Shown: positions 25,414 to 36,704 of the stretch, piece after piece
Layout of the letters: each line of letters begins with the position of its first letter
Numbering within the stretch: position 1 is the first letter of the stretch
NCBI GenBank assembly: GCA_963828735.1
Contig: CAWHFW010000005.1
Location: forward strand, 1,472,001-1,536,000
DNA: 64,000 bases
Direction: 5' to 3'
Source: an uncultured Gemmatimonadales bacterium
GTDB lineage: Bacteria; Gemmatimonadota; Gemmatimonadetes; Gemmatimonadales; GWC2-71-9
Program-made: the position numbers and the translations under genes
Notes under the pieces: generated by a model
Seen by the model: only the letters and a program-made list of their open reading frames with translations
What the model was told of the DNA's origin: nothing
Database searches by the model: none

Positions 25414-27681
25414 ATGTCGGACGCCCTGACCGCTTCGACCGATTCCTGCACCATCCCGGTCACCGGGATGACCTGCGCCGCGTGCAGCAGCCGGGTGCAG
25501 CGGACGCTCGAGCGCACGGACGGAGTTTCGTCGGCCAACGTCAACCTCATGACCGGCGCGGCGACGGTCGCCTACGATCCGTCGGTAACATCGCCCGAGC
25601 GCCTGGTCGACACCATTCGCGGTACCGGGTACGGGGCGCAATTGCCGCTGCCGAACGAGTCGAGCGAGGCGCTCCTGGACGCCCAGGACGCCGCGCGCGC
25701 CGAGGAGGTGCGCGATCTGCGCGGCAAGTTCGCGCTCGGCGCGACGGTCGGCCTCGGCATCATGGCGCTCGCCATGACGCCCACCGGCTCGGGCGATATC
25801 GGCCGCTATGCCGCGCTGGCGCTCACGCTGCCGGTGGTCGGCTGGGCGGGACGGCATTTCTACACGCGCGCGTGGGGCGCCTTCCGGCACCACGGCGCCG
25901 ACATGAACACGCTGATCGCTGTCGGCACCGGAACCGCGTTCGTCTTCAGCGCCGTCGTGACGGTGTTCGACGACTGGTTCGCCGCCCACGGGGTCGAGCC
26001 GCACGTGTACTTCGAGGCGGTGGTGTGGATCATCGCGCTCGTGCTGCTCGGGAACCTGCTCGAGGCCCGGGCGAAGGGTCAGACGTCCGGCGCCATCCGT
26101 CGGCTCATCGGCCTGCGTCCGGCGACGGCACGTGTGCTTCGCGACGGGCGAGAGGAGGACGTGCCGCTCGCGACGCTTCGAGTCGGCGACGAGGTGCTGG
26201 TCCGCCCCGGCGAGACTGTGCCCGCCGACGGCACCATCGTCGACGGCGCGAGCAACCTGGACGAGAGCATGCTCACCGGCGAGCCGATGCCGGTGCCGAA
26301 GCGAGTCGGCGACCGGGTGATCGGAGCCACGCTCAACCGGAACGGAGCGTTCCGGTTCCGCGCCGAGCGGGTGGGGAACGCGACCGTGCTTTCGCGGATC
26401 ATCCGTCTCGTGCAACAGGCGCAGGGCAGCAAGGCGCCGATCCAGCGGCTGGCCGATCGCATCTCGGCGGTGTTCGTCCCCGTGGTGCTGTCGATCGCGA
26501 TCCTGACGTTCGTCGTCTGGTTCGACCTTGGGCCCGCGCCGGCCTACTTGCACGCCCTCGTGTCCGCCGTGACCGTGCTCATCATTGCCTGCCCCTGCGC
26601 CATGGGGCTTGCCGTCCCGACGGCGGTGATGGTCGGAACGGGACGCGGCGCCGAGCTCGGGGTGCTCATCAAGGGCGGCGAGCCGCTCGAGCGGAGCCAT
26701 GCCCTCGACACGATCGTCTTCGACAAGACGGGGACGATCACCGAGGGCCATCCCGCGGTACAGGCGGTCGAGCTCGCCCCCGGTAGTGGCGTCGCGAGCG
26801 AGGCGGACCTCCTCGAGCTCGCCGCGGCGGTCGAGCGGCTCAGCGAACATCCGCTGGCCGACGCGATCGTCGCGGAGGCCGAGCAGAGGGAACGGGCCGC
26901 GGGTCGCGCGACCGACTTCGAGAGCCGCACGGGCAAGGGCGTGCTCGGGACGGTGGCCGGGCGCCGGCTCGCAGTCGGCAACCTCGCCCTCATGAGTGAT
27001 CTCGGCGTCGAGGTGGGTGCTCTCGCGGCTCGAGCCGAGGCATTGGCCACGCTGGGATGGACTCCAGTGTACGTTGCCGTGGATGGCGCACTGGCCGGCA
27101 TCGTCGCGATCGCGGACCCGGTGAAACCCACCAGCGGGAAAGCCATCGCCGAGCTGCGTCGCCTTGGCCTCGAGTCGATCATGCTCACCGGCGACAGCCT
27201 TCGGACGGCGGAGAGCGTCGCGCGGAGCGTCGGAATCACGCGCGTGCTCGCCGAAGTGGCGCCGGACCGGAAGCTGGATGAGATCGGTCGCCTGCAGGCG
27301 GAAGGCCGCGTGGTCGCCATGGTGGGCGACGGCCTCAACGACGCGCCCGCCCTCGCGCGTGCCGACGTGGGCATCGCGATGGGCACCGGCACCGACGTGG
27401 CCATCGAGGCCGGCGCGGTCACGCTGATGCGCGGCGACCCGCTCGGCGTCGTGACCGCCATCCGCCTGGCCCGGACGGTCATGCGAGTCGTCAAGCAGAA
27501 CCTGTTTTGGGCGTTCGTCTACAACGTGATCGGCATTCCGGTGGCGGCGGGCGTTCTGTATCCGGCGTTCGGTCTCCGCCTCACGCCGGCGATGGCCGCG
27601 GCCGCCATGGCCGTGAGCTCGGTGAGCGTCGTGTCCAACAGCCTGCGGCTTCGCCGCTTCACGCCCGGAGGTGCGTCATGA
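25414..27681 (+). CDS. copA: Cu(I)-exporting P1B-1 ATPase
   Basis: GMTCAAC, TGE, CPC, DKTGT, SEHP, GDGLND, YN and MAVSS. Confidence 0.95.
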   Translation: MSDALTASTDSCTIPVTGMTCAACSSRVQRTLERTDGVSSANVNLMTGAATVAYDPSVTSPERLVDTIRGTGYGAQLPLPNESSEALLDAQDAARAEEVRDLRGKFALGATVGLGIMALAMTPTGSGDIGRYAALALTLPVVGWAGRHFYTRAWGAFRHHGADMNTLIAVGTGTAFVFSAVVTVFDDWFAAHGVEPHVYFEAVVWIIALVLLGNLLEARAKGQTSGAIRRLIGLRPATARVLRDGREEDVPLATLRVGDEVLVRPGETVPADGTIVDGASNLDESMLTGEPMPVPKRVGDRVIGATLNRNGAFRFRAERVGNATVLSRIIRLVQQAQGSKAPIQRLADRISAVFVPVVLSIAILTFVVWFDLGPAPAYLHALVSAVTVLIIACPCAMGLAVPTAVMVGTGRGAELGVLIKGGEPLERSHALDTIVFDKTGTITEGHPAVQAVELAPGSGVASEADLLELAAAVERLSEHPLADAIVAEAEQRERAAGRATDFESRTGKGVLGTVAGRRLAVGNLALMSDLGVEVGALAARAEALATLGWTPVYVAVDGALAGIVAIADPVKPTSGKAIAELRRLGLESIMLTGDSLRTAESVARSVGITRVLAEVAPDRKLDEIGRLQAEGRVVAMVGDGLNDAPALARADVGIAMGTGTDVAIEAGAVTLMRGDPLGVVTAIRLARTVMRVVKQNLFWAFVYNVIGIPVAAGVLYPAFGLRLTPAMAAAAMAVSSVSVVSNSLRLRRFTPGGAS

Positions 27682-28013
27682 GTCTGCCCGTCGCCCCTTG
27701 CGCTTGTGGCCGTCCCGGGGATGGGACCCATGCCGTGGCGGTGGATCCCGAGATCAAGCGCGCGGTGCTCACTCGGCTCCGGCGCATCGAAGGCCAGGTG
27801 CGCGGCCTGCAGAAGATGGTCGAGGAGGAGCGGTACTGCGCGGACGTACTCATGCAGGTGTCGTCGGCGCAGGAGGCGCTCCGGGGTGTGAGCCGCTCGC
27901 TCCTGCACAATCACCTGAAGCATTGCGCCGCCGAGGCGATCCGCTCGGAGGATCCCGCGCAGTCGGAGGCGATGTACGAGGAGCTGCTGGACCTCGTGTT
28001 CCGGGCGCGGTAA
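27678..28013 (+). CDS. csoR: Copper-sensing repressor, CsoR family
   Basis: [25 protein letters not shown] and H.KHC ligands; ATGA overlap with copA. Confidence 0.92.
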   Translation: MSLPVAPCACGRPGDGTHAVAVDPEIKRAVLTRLRRIEGQVRGLQKMVEEERYCADVLMQVSSAQEALRGVSRSLLHNHLKHCAAEAIRSEDPAQSEAMYEELLDLVFRAR

Positions 28014-28033
28014 CGGGCGGGCGGGCGTCCCGG

Positions 28034-29521
28034 CTACACCGCGCCCACCCGCCGCATGTCCCGCTCCACCGTCCGCACCGCTCCCACCACCGTGACCCCG
28101 CCGACGATCACGACAAACGGCAGCAACAGGACCGCTCGGTCGAGCCCGAACCGGTCGCTCAGGGTCCCGACCAGCGGCAGGGCGATCGCGTCGCCGGCGA
28201 GGTGGATGAACAGGAGATACGCGCCCGCCACCGTCGCACTGATCCGGGGTGGGACCACGTCGAAGATCACCGCCGTCATCGGCCCGTTGTACCACGAGAG
28301 ACAGAAGAACGCGACCGCGAAGACCGCCTGAAACAGGTCGGGATCCCGGATGGTGAGCAGCCAGAGCGCCAGAGGCCCTCCGAGGAGCAGGCCGAGCGCG
28401 ACGACGAGGACGCGCGCCGTCTCGAAACGACGCCGCAGCCAGTCCGCCAGAATGCCGCCGAAGAGCGTGCCCGCCGTTCCCGCGATCAGCCCCCACTTCC
28501 CGAGTAACGCTGCCGCTGCCGCCGCGCTCAGCCCAAGCTCCCGCGAGACGAACGTCGGCCCCCAGCCGACGATGCCGTTGAGTCCGAACGAGATCATGGC
28601 GCCGGCCGCGAAGATGTACACCAGGGTGGGCGTGTGCAGCACGGTGCGGCCCGCGCGCACGATGTCGGCGAACGCGCCCTCGATGCCGCCGATGGCCGCC
28701 TCCTCGGCCTGATCGCCGGGCGTCCGGCGCACCCAGCGCAGGATGGTGGCGGCGAGACCCAGGCCGACCGCTCCGCTGAACACGGCCAGGTCCATCTTCG
28801 AGTCGGCGCCGTAGGCCCGGTCCGCCCAGATCGCGGCGACCCCGCCGACGCCGATCCCCGCAAGCAGCGGCCAGAGGTGCCGGAACAGCGGCATCGCTCC
28901 GATCTCGAAATCGCGGAGGAAGGAGCGCACCGTGAGGCGCTCCGGGGCACGCACGGGGTCTTGGAGGCGGGAGACGAGCACGGCGAGGATGAACCCCGGC
29001 ACGCCTACGGTCATGAACGCAACGCGCCAGCCGTACGCGCCCGCGAGATGGCCGCCGAGGAGCAGCCCGATCACGCCGCCGAGCGCGATGCCCGAGGAGA
29101 GAATCCCCATCGCCACCGCGCGGCCGCGGCCCGGGAAGAAATCCGCCACCAGCGACGATGCCGCCGGCCCATAGGCCGCCTCTCCCACGCCGACCAGCGC
29201 CCGGCAGGTGAAGAGGTGCCCGAACGTCTTGACCAGGCCGCTCAGGAAGGTGAAGGCGCTCCACACCGTCACGCCACCCGCGATCACCGCCCGCCGGGAG
29301 CGCAGATCGCTGAGCACTCCGAACGGCAGCGCCGCGACCGAGAAGACGAAGATGTAGGCGGAGCCGAGCCAGCCGAGCTGCGAGTCGCTCAGCGCGAGGT
29401 CACGCTTGATCGGCTCGAACAGCGCGAAGATGACGTTGCGGTCGATGTAGTTGAGGAGATTGATGAGGGCGAGCAACCCGAGGGCGTACCATTTGTACGC
29501 TCGCGACGGTGGCGCGGTCAC
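28034..29521 (-). CDS. MFS transporter (spinster-like)
   Basis: [23 protein letters not shown] and G.LSDRFG. Confidence 0.88.
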   Translation of the reverse strand: MTAPPSRAYKWYALGLLALINLLNYIDRNVIFALFEPIKRDLALSDSQLGWLGSAYIFVFSVAALPFGVLSDLRSRRAVIAGGVTVWSAFTFLSGLVKTFGHLFTCRALVGVGEAAYGPAASSLVADFFPGRGRAVAMGILSSGIALGGVIGLLLGGHLAGAYGWRVAFMTVGVPGFILAVLVSRLQDPVRAPERLTVRSFLRDFEIGAMPLFRHLWPLLAGIGVGGVAAIWADRAYGADSKMDLAVFSGAVGLGLAATILRWVRRTPGDQAEEAAIGGIEGAFADIVRAGRTVLHTPTLVYIFAAGAMISFGLNGIVGWGPTFVSRELGLSAAAAAALLGKWGLIAGTAGTLFGGILADWLRRRFETARVLVVALGLLLGGPLALWLLTIRDPDLFQAVFAVAFFCLSWYNGPMTAVIFDVVPPRISATVAGAYLLFIHLAGDAIALPLVGTLSDRFGLDRAVLLLPFVVIVGGVTVVGAVRTVERDMRRVGAV

Positions 29522-30693
29522 CGCCGCGCCACCGTCTCGGCTCCCCCGGCACCCGGATGCAGGTGGGACAGCGACTCCTCCGCCCGCTCGTCCCGGAACG
29601 CGAGTGCCGCCCGATACTCCTGGATCAGGCGGTTCATCATCGCCTCTCGACGGCCATACAGCCGCTTGAGCGGGCGGGCCGCACGCTTCTCCCTGGCGTA
29701 GGCCGTGAGCAGTGGAAGTGCGATCGAGTTGTCGCTGTACACCACGACGGTGCCGGGCAGCTGGTCCGGATCGATCTTCCCCCAGCTCACCGCTTCGGCC
29801 GGCGTCGCGCCCGAGAGGCCGCCCGTGTCGGGGCGCGCGTCAGTCATCTGCAGGAAGTAGTCGTGGCCCCGCTCGTCGATGCCCAGGACCTCCTGAATCT
29901 GCGGCTCGGTCTGCAGCATGAAGTTTTTGGGACTCCCACCGCCCACGATCAGCACTCCGCTCTTGCCGCCGGTGCGCTTCGCCTCGAGGACGATGCTGGC
30001 CGTCTCGTTGACGTCCGCGCTCACGTCGAACCGGAGCTGGCTGCCGGCCAGCGCCTGCTCGGCCACGTTCATCCCGATCGAGCTGTCGCCCGGCGAGCTG
30101 GTGTAGAGCGGCACCTCGAGCTCGTGCGCGGCGGCCAGCACCGAGCGCCGGCTCAGGCCGAGCGCCTGTTCCCGCTCGCGCACGTAGCCGCCGAGTAGGT
30201 AGTGGTATTCCGCGGTGCTCATCGCGCGCTGGAACTCCTGGCGGGCCGAGACCTCGCGGATGAACTTGTCCGTCGAGAGCAGCACGTTGTAATCGAAGAA
30301 GATGTCGTAGATCCGGACCACGCCCTTGTCCCGGAGCTCGACGTCGTCCGCGTTGGGCGTCCCGCGGTGCATCGCCAGGCCGAGCGCGAAGTGTGCGTCG
30401 TGGTAGAGATTCGCGCCGGTCGAGATCACCCAGTCGACGAATCCCGACTCCATGAGCGGGATGAGGCAGCTCATGCCGATCCCCGCGGGCGTCATGGCGC
30501 CCGTGAGCGTCATTCCCACCGTGGTGTCGGGCTCCAGCATGCGCTGGGTGAAGAGCTGGCACCCCTCTCGCAGCCGGCCCGCGTTGTACGCGAGGAAGGC
30601 GTTATCGATCAGCGCGGCCACGGTTTCCTTGCCGGAGATCGCGGTCGGCTCGATGCGCTGGCCCCGCAGATATTGGGCTGACGGTCTGGTCAT
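29518..30693 (-). CDS. Deoxyhypusine synthase-like protein (SpeY/homospermidine biosynthesis type)
   Basis: [27 protein letters not shown] and [17 protein letters not shown]. Confidence 0.88.
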   Translation of the reverse strand: MTRPSAQYLRGQRIEPTAISGKETVAALIDNAFLAYNAGRLREGCQLFTQRMLEPDTTVGMTLTGAMTPAGIGMSCLIPLMESGFVDWVISTGANLYHDAHFALGLAMHRGTPNADDVELRDKGVVRIYDIFFDYNVLLSTDKFIREVSARQEFQRAMSTAEYHYLLGGYVREREQALGLSRRSVLAAAHELEVPLYTSSPGDSSIGMNVAEQALAGSQLRFDVSADVNETASIVLEAKRTGGKSGVLIVGGGSPKNFMLQTEPQIQEVLGIDERGHDYFLQMTDARPDTGGLSGATPAEAVSWGKIDPDQLPGTVVVYSDNSIALPLLTAYAREKRAARPLKRLYGRREAMMNRLIQEYRAALAFRDERAEESLSHLHPGAGGAETVARR

Positions 30694-30702
30694 GCGATTC
30701 CT

Positions 30703-31479
30703 CTACCGGGGAGGCCGAGCGTGGTCGGCCGTCATGCGGGCGATGTCATCGACCGGCTTCTCGGCGCGCGCCTCGATGACGATGCGCGCGGCCTCCTCGG
30801 GGTCGTCGGTGACGCGGAACAGGAGAAGATCGGTCGGATTGATTTTCCGCTCTTCGGCGACGGTGCGGGTGAGCCAGTCCACGAGCCCCGCCCAGTACGC
30901 GCTGCCGAATAATATCACCGGGAAGTGCTTCACCTTTCCGGTCTGGATCAGGGTGAGCGCCTCGAACAGTTCGTCCAGCGTCCCGTACCCGCCGGGGAAG
31001 ACGATAAAGGCGGTGGCGTACTTCACGAACATCGTCTTGCGAACGAAGAAGAACTTGAAGTTGAGGCTCCGGCTCAGGTACGCATTCGACCCCTGCTCGA
31101 ACGGCAGTTCGATGTTGCAGCCGATCGAGAGGCCGCCGCCCTCCATGGCGCCCTTGTTGGCCGCCTCCATGATGCCCGGTCCGCCGCCCGTGATGACGGG
31201 AATGCCGGCCTTGGCCAGCAGCATGGCCGTCTGGACCGCCTTGACGTAGTGCGGGTCGGCGGCCTGCGTCCGTGCCGATCCGAAGATGGTGACGCCGTCG
31301 CTCACGTCGGCGAGGTTGTCGAAGCCCCAGACGAACTCGCCCATGATCCGCAGGACACGCCACGAGTCGGACTTGAGGAAGAGCTGCTCCGGCCGCTGCG
31401 GGGATGGACTCTCCAGCAGCTGCTCGTCTTCGGTGGGCAGCTTGTTGTCGCTCAGGCGACGGTACGGGCTGTTAGTCAC
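30703..31479 (-). CDS. LOG family nucleotide phosphoribohydrolase (TIGR00730-type)
   Basis: FGSAR, TGGGPGIMEA, FFVRK and PGGYGTLDE. Confidence 0.92.
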   Translation of the reverse strand: MTNSPYRRLSDNKLPTEDEQLLESPSPQRPEQLFLKSDSWRVLRIMGEFVWGFDNLADVSDGVTIFGSARTQAADPHYVKAVQTAMLLAKAGIPVITGGGPGIMEAANKGAMEGGGLSIGCNIELPFEQGSNAYLSRSLNFKFFFVRKTMFVKYATAFIVFPGGYGTLDELFEALTLIQTGKVKHFPVILFGSAYWAGLVDWLTRTVAEERKINPTDLLLFRVTDDPEEAARIVIEARAEKPVDDIARMTADHARPPR

Positions 31480-32617
31480 GGGTCAGGAGCTCGATGGCGG
31501 CCCGGTGGTCGTCCGGGACGTTGTAGAAGTAGGGAGAGATGCGGACGTGCCCCGGCCGGCTGTCGACCACGATTCCCGCATCGGCCAGGCGGCGTACGTC
31601 GGCCGCGGGATCGGCGCTCGGCAGCATGACGATGCCGGTCCGGTCCTCGGGCCGGGGCGCCACTTTGGGTCGAAGTCCCGCGGCGCGGGCCTCTTCGATC
31701 AGGTCCTCGGTGAGCGCCATCGTTCGCCGGCGGAGGTCCGCGGCGCCCAGCTCCTCGAGCACGTCGAGGCCGCCGAGTTGCGCGTAGACCGGCATGAGTG
31801 CCGGTGTTCCGCCCTCGAGCCGGCGGGCGTCGTCATGCGGCTCGAACGAGCGCGCGTTGAACTGAAACTGGTCCCGGTGCGCGAACCAGCCGGTCGCGCG
31901 GGGAGCGAGCGTCGGCCAGAGCTCCGGGCGCGCGTACATGAACGCGACGCCGGTGCCGCCGATCATCCACTTGAGCCCGCCGCTGCAGTAGAAATCGACG
32001 TCGAGCGCGCGCACGTCCACCGGCAGTTGCCCCGCCGCGTGGTAGCCGTCCACGAGCAGGAGAGCACCCTTCGCATGGGCGACATCGGCCAACGCACGCA
32101 CATCCTGGATGGCGCCGCTCGTGAAGAAGACGTGACTGGTCGCGACCAGCGCGGTGCGATCGTCCACGGCGCGCGCCACGGCGTCCACCGGTACGCCGAT
32201 GCCGTCGGGGCTCTCCACGATCTCGACCTCGACCCCGTCGCCGGCTCGTGCGAGCCACTGGTACGCGACCGTCGGAAAGTCGAGGCTCGTCACGACGACT
32301 TTGGGGCGGCGGCGATAGTCGAGCGATTCCGCCACCGATGTGAGTCCGGTGGAGATGTTCGGATGAAGGGCCACCGACCCTTCCGGCGCCCCGATCCACC
32401 GGGCATAGCGCGAGCGCAGATCGGCCAGGGCCGCCCACCAGACCTCGTACCAGGCCGCCGCCCCGTGACGCTCCCAAAGGTCGAGGAATTCGGCGACCTT
32501 CGCGCGCGACCGGGTCGACAGCGCTCCGAGCGAGCAACTGTTGAGGTAGATGGAGCGGCGGAAGATCGGGAACTCCGCGCGGTAATCCTTGGCGGGCGCA
32601 GGCGCGGCCGTTGGCAT
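31472..32617 (-). CDS. Class V PLP-dependent enzyme (kynureninase-like)
   Basis: YLNSCSLG, DFPT, VDGYHAAG, GGLKWMIGG and RISPYFYN. Confidence 0.85.
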   Translation of the reverse strand: MPTAAPAPAKDYRAEFPIFRRSIYLNSCSLGALSTRSRAKVAEFLDLWERHGAAAWYEVWWAALADLRSRYARWIGAPEGSVALHPNISTGLTSVAESLDYRRRPKVVVTSLDFPTVAYQWLARAGDGVEVEIVESPDGIGVPVDAVARAVDDRTALVATSHVFFTSGAIQDVRALADVAHAKGALLLVDGYHAAGQLPVDVRALDVDFYCSGGLKWMIGGTGVAFMYARPELWPTLAPRATGWFAHRDQFQFNARSFEPHDDARRLEGGTPALMPVYAQLGGLDVLEELGAADLRRRTMALTEDLIEEARAAGLRPKVAPRPEDRTGIVMLPSADPAADVRRLADAGIVVDSRPGHVRISPYFYNVPDDHRAAIELLTRD

Positions 32618-32701
32618 GGTGGACAATATAGAGTCTCCGCGCATGTATGGCTGGCGCGTGGTGCTTCGCGCCGGGTCCGAAATGCCGGCTATAATTCGGC
32701 T

Positions 32702-32962
32702 ATGGCTGCGACCTGGACCTCGCTCACGGCCCGGCTCGTCGGACGAGCGCTGCTCGACCCACGTCTCGCGCTGGATCTGCTTCGCACCGCCTGGGCCTTC
32801 CGCCGCCGGCACTGGTGGGCCCGGCCACCGTTCCTGCCCCTGCCCGACCGCGAGTACCTGCGGTGGCGCATGTACACCGCCTATGCCGACGAGGCCGCCG
32901 TACCGCCGGCGGAGGACGTGGTGCGGTTCGCGCGCTGGCGACGCGAGACAATGGACCTTTGA
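32702..32962 (+). CDS. Small hypothetical protein
   Basis: TATAAT 6 nt upstream; Trp/Arg-rich WW.RPPFLPLP..YL.WR..TAY; TGATG overlap with ndh. Confidence 0.65.
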   Translation: MAATWTSLTARLVGRALLDPRLALDLLRTAWAFRRRHWWARPPFLPLPDREYLRWRMYTAYADEAAVPPAEDVVRFARWRRETMDL

Positions 32963-34296
32963 TGGCGACGGCCCCTGCACTTCACGCCGCGTCGAGCACC
33001 GAGAATCCGCCCCACGTCGTGATCCTGGGGGGCGGGTTCGCCGGGCTGTATGCCGCCAAGGCGCTGCGCCGCGCCCCGGTGCGCCTCACCGTCGTCGACC
33101 GCCGGAATCACCATCTGTTCCAGCCCATGCTCTACCAGGTGGCGACGGCGGCCCTCAATCCCGGCGACATCGCCTCGCCCATCCGGTCGATACTGCGCAA
33201 GTCGAAGAACACCGAAGTGCTGCTGGCCGAAGCGGCCGGCATCGACGTCGACGCCCGGCAGGTCCGCTTCACCGACGGCACCGCGCAGAGCTACGACTAC
33301 CTGATCGTGGCCACCGGCGCCCACCACTCGTACTTCGGCCACGACGAGTGGGAGCCCCTCGCGCCCGGGCTCAAGAACCTGGAAGACGCCCTGGAGATCC
33401 GCCGCCGGGTGCTGCTGGCGTTTGAGTGCGCCGAACGGGAGGCCGATACGGTACGGCGGCATGCCTTGCTGACCTTCGTCATCGTCGGCGGCGGGGCGAC
33501 CGGCGTCGAGATGGCCGGCGCGGTGGCCGAGATCCGGCGCTACGCGCTCCGCCGCGACTTCCGGCACATCGACCCCACCGAGGCCACCGTGTTGCTGCTC
33601 GAAGGTGGGCCACGGCTGCTCCCGACCTATCCCTCCAGCCTCAGCGACAAGGCGAAGCAGAAGCTTCGCCGCCTGGGGGTAGAGGTGCGCACGGAAACGT
33701 TCGTGACCGACATCCGTCCGGGCTCGGTCGCGGCCGCGGGCTGGGTGATCCCTACGCAGACCGTCATCTGGGCGGCTGGCAACACGGTGAGCCCGCTGCT
33801 CAGGGATCTTCACGCGCCCCTCGACCGGGCCGGCCGCGTGATCGTCGAGCCGGACTGCACCATCCCGGGTCACCCCGAAGTGTTCATCCTCGGCGACGCG
33901 GCCGCGTTCAATCACCAGAAAGGCGGCACGCTACCTGGCATTTGCCCGGTGGCGATTCAGATGGGCGAATACGCCGCCGGCGTCATCCGTGGTGAAGTTG
34001 CCGGACGGCCACGCCTACCGTTCAAATACTGGGACAAGGGACAGCTCGCCGTGATCGGCCGCGGGCAGGCGGTGGCGGACATCTGGAAGCTCCGCTTCGG
34101 CGGTTTCTTCGCGTGGCTCACCTGGATCTTCGTGCACATCTTCTTCCTGATCGGTTTCCGGAACCGCGTGCTGGTCCTGTTGGAATGGGCGTGGTCCTAT
34201 TTCACGTACAGTCGTGGCGCCCGCCTCATCACGGGCGAGCGAGAGCTGCCTTGCGCGCCGCTCCCTCCAGTCGGCATGTCCGCCTCGTCCTCGTGA
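32962..34296 (+). CDS. ndh: Type II NADH dehydrogenase family FAD oxidoreductase
   Basis: GGGFAG, HLFQPMLYQVAT, VGGGATGVEMAG, WAAG and F.Y.DKG. Confidence 0.9.
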   Translation: MATAPALHAASSTENPPHVVILGGGFAGLYAAKALRRAPVRLTVVDRRNHHLFQPMLYQVATAALNPGDIASPIRSILRKSKNTEVLLAEAAGIDVDARQVRFTDGTAQSYDYLIVATGAHHSYFGHDEWEPLAPGLKNLEDALEIRRRVLLAFECAEREADTVRRHALLTFVIVGGGATGVEMAGAVAEIRRYALRRDFRHIDPTEATVLLLEGGPRLLPTYPSSLSDKAKQKLRRLGVEVRTETFVTDIRPGSVAAAGWVIPTQTVIWAAGNTVSPLLRDLHAPLDRAGRVIVEPDCTIPGHPEVFILGDAAAFNHQKGGTLPGICPVAIQMGEYAAGVIRGEVAGRPRLPFKYWDKGQLAVIGRGQAVADIWKLRFGGFFAWLTWIFVHIFFLIGFRNRVLVLLEWAWSYFTYSRGARLITGERELPCAPLPPVGMSASSS

Positions 34297-35234
34297 CACT
34301 CGCCCAGGAGCTCAAGGCCCGCGCCCTCGAGCTCGGCTTCCTCGCCTGTGGGATCACCGACCCGAGCGCTCCCCCCCACGCTGATCGACTCGACGCCTGG
34401 CTCGCGAACGGCTACGCCGGCACGATGCGGTACCTGCACCGCCAGGCCAAGCGCCGGAAGGACCCACGCATCAACGTTCCCGAATCGCTCGCCGTGGTCG
34501 TCCTCCTCGAGAATTACTACTGGCCGGATGCCGAGCCGGACCTCACCGCGCCACGCGTCGCCAAGTACGCGCGAGGCGAGGACTACCACCGGGTTACCCT
34601 CGGCCGACTCGACCGCCTGGCGGACTGGCTTCGGCACCGCGGCGCGCGGGTGGCCCACCCCTACGTGGACGACGGTCCGATCCCCGAGCGCGAGCTGGCG
34701 CAGCGCGCCGGGCTCGGCTGGATCGGGAAGAACACGATGCTCATCCGGCCGGGTGCGGGCTCGTTCTGTTTCATCGGAACGATCTTTACCGACCTGGCGC
34801 TGCCCGCCGACCCGCCGTTCACGACCGACCACTGCGGCAGCTGCACCCGGTGCCTCGACGCGTGCCCGACGGAGGCGTTCGTCGAGCCGCACGTGCTCGA
34901 CGCGACCCGCTGCATCTCCTACCTTACGATCGAGCAGCGTAGCGCTATTCCCGAGACGCTGGCCGCGCGGATGCGTGGCTTCGCGTTCGGGTGCGACATC
35001 TGCAACGACGTCTGTCCGTGGAACCAGCGGTTCGCCGAGCCCACGACGGTCCTCGAGCTGCGGCCTCGACGAACGCTCGCCGGCATCGATGAGACCCACT
35101 TCGACGGGATGGACGAGGGAGAGTTTCAGCGCAGGTACGGCGATACTCCGTTCGGTCGTCCCGGCCTCGCCGGGATGCGGCGGAACGTGCGCGCCGCCCT
35201 CGCGAGCATGCATCCAGAGGAGAAAGGATCTTGA
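34293..35234 (+). CDS. queG: Epoxyqueuosine reductase
   Basis: YARG.DYH, VD.GP..ER, GWIGKN, CGSCTRCLDACPT, RCISY and GCDICNDVCPWN. Confidence 0.93.
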   Translation: MTLAQELKARALELGFLACGITDPSAPPHADRLDAWLANGYAGTMRYLHRQAKRRKDPRINVPESLAVVVLLENYYWPDAEPDLTAPRVAKYARGEDYHRVTLGRLDRLADWLRHRGARVAHPYVDDGPIPERELAQRAGLGWIGKNTMLIRPGAGSFCFIGTIFTDLALPADPPFTTDHCGSCTRCLDACPTEAFVEPHVLDATRCISYLTIEQRSAIPETLAARMRGFAFGCDICNDVCPWNQRFAEPTTVLELRPRRTLAGIDETHFDGMDEGEFQRRYGDTPFGRPGLAGMRRNVRAALASMHPEEKGS

Positions 35235-35701
35235 CCACCGAGATGACGCACTTCCGTCGGCTGCTCGAGCACGACGGATGGGCCAACGTCGCCGCGCTCG
35301 TGGCGCTCCGCGAGGGCCCTGCTCCGCCCAAGGCGCGAGCGTGGCTGGCGCACATCATCGGCGCCGAATGGCTGTGGCTCGCCCGACTCCGTCAGGAGCC
35401 GTCCGGGATGCCCGTCTGGCCGGACCTCGATCTCGACGCGTGCGCGGCACAGCTCCCGGACTTGCAGGCGGAGTGGATGCGGTGCCTCGCGACGCTCGAC
35501 GAGGAGGGCTTGGACGACGGTGTGGCCTACCGGAACAGCAAGGGAGAGTTCTGGACCAGCTCCGTCACCGATATCCTCACGCACGTGGTCTTGCACGCGG
35601 CCTATCATCGGGGGCAGATCGCCGCGGCCATCCGCGAAGCGGGCGGGACGCCGGCATATACCGACTACATCCACGCCGTCCGGTCAGGGCTCATCGAATG
35701 A
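35231..35701 (+). CDS. DinB family protein
   Basis: LAHIIGAE..W and HVVLHAAYHRGQ. Confidence 0.88.
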   Translation: MTTEMTHFRRLLEHDGWANVAALVALREGPAPPKARAWLAHIIGAEWLWLARLRQEPSGMPVWPDLDLDACAAQLPDLQAEWMRCLATLDEEGLDDGVAYRNSKGEFWTSSVTDILTHVVLHAAYHRGQIAAAIREAGGTPAYTDYIHAVRSGLIE

Positions 35702-35922
35702 CCGACTGGGGCTCGCCGGGACCGTTGCTGATCACGCTTGGCGTGGCCCTCGTGGTGGCGGGGCTTCTCGCGTGGTCCGGCGCACTCGCCTGGTTCGGCC
35801 GACTGCCCGGTGATATCCGCATCGAGCGCGAATCCGTGCACGTCTACATTCCCCTGGTTTCGATGCTCGTCCTGTCGGTCGCGCTCAGCCTCCTGCTTTA
35901 CCTGATCCGCCGGATCCGGTAG
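35698..35922 (+). CDS. DUF2905 family small membrane protein
   Basis: GRLPGDI.IE....Y.P...SM..S..LS. Confidence 0.85.
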   Translation: MTDWGSPGPLLITLGVALVVAGLLAWSGALAWFGRLPGDIRIERESVHVYIPLVSMLVLSVALSLLLYLIRRIR

Positions 35923-36197
35923 TCCGTTTCGCTCTGCACCGACCCGTGCAGGCCCGGACGTGGTCGCCGTCTCCTGTGCGCACGGCGGACCTGAAGGGCC
36001 GCATGGGTACGACGTGCACGCACCATTTGCTCGAGAAGGTTGGCGGGAGTGGGAGCCCGCCACCGGCCGCGCGGCTCGGCGGTCGGGGGCCTCCGGTGCG
36101 GTGCGCGGCCCGCAGCGTACCGGGGGCTCGTCTTCATCCGCAGCGCCGATCGCGGCCGGCCGCCCTGCGTGGCGGGCGGCAGTGTAGTTTGCAGGGC

Positions 36198-36704
36198 ATG
36201 GACTCTTCCGCTCCGGCGGCCTCTCTCGTCCCCGAAGTTGCCACGCTCGATCCGCGCCGCATGGCGCGGTTGCGGCGAGTGGGTTGGCTGCTGGACAACT
36301 CCATCCCGATTCCCGGGACCCGGTACACCCTCGGCATCGATCAGCTCATCGGGCTCGTGCCGGGCATCGGCGACCTGATCGGCGGCGTCCTTTCCCTCTA
36401 CATCATCCTCGAAGCCGCGCGAATGGGCGTGCCCCGAGGCCTGCTCGCCCGCATGGGGTGGAACGTCGCCGTGGACACCCTGGTCGGCGAGGTGCCGATC
36501 CTGGGCGACCTGTTCGACATCGGCTTCAAGGCCAACATCCGCAACCTCGCGCTGCTCGACGGCTTCCTGCAGCGTCCGGTCGAGGTGCGCCGCGCGAGCC
36601 GACGCTTCGCCACCGTGATCGTCGTGGGCCTTCTCCTCCTTACGGCGGGAGCCATCGCCTTCGCCGTGGTGCTCGTCCGACTCCTCTCGGGACTCTTCCA
36701 GTGA
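36198..36704 (+). CDS. DUF4112 family membrane protein
   Basis: LLD..IPIPGT...GID.LIGLVPGIGD and GDLFD..FKAN.RN. Confidence 0.88.
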   Translation: MDSSAPAASLVPEVATLDPRRMARLRRVGWLLDNSIPIPGTRYTLGIDQLIGLVPGIGDLIGGVLSLYIILEAARMGVPRGLLARMGWNVAVDTLVGEVPILGDLFDIGFKANIRNLALLDGFLQRPVEVRRASRRFATVIVVGLLLLTAGAIAFAVVLVRLLSGLFQ

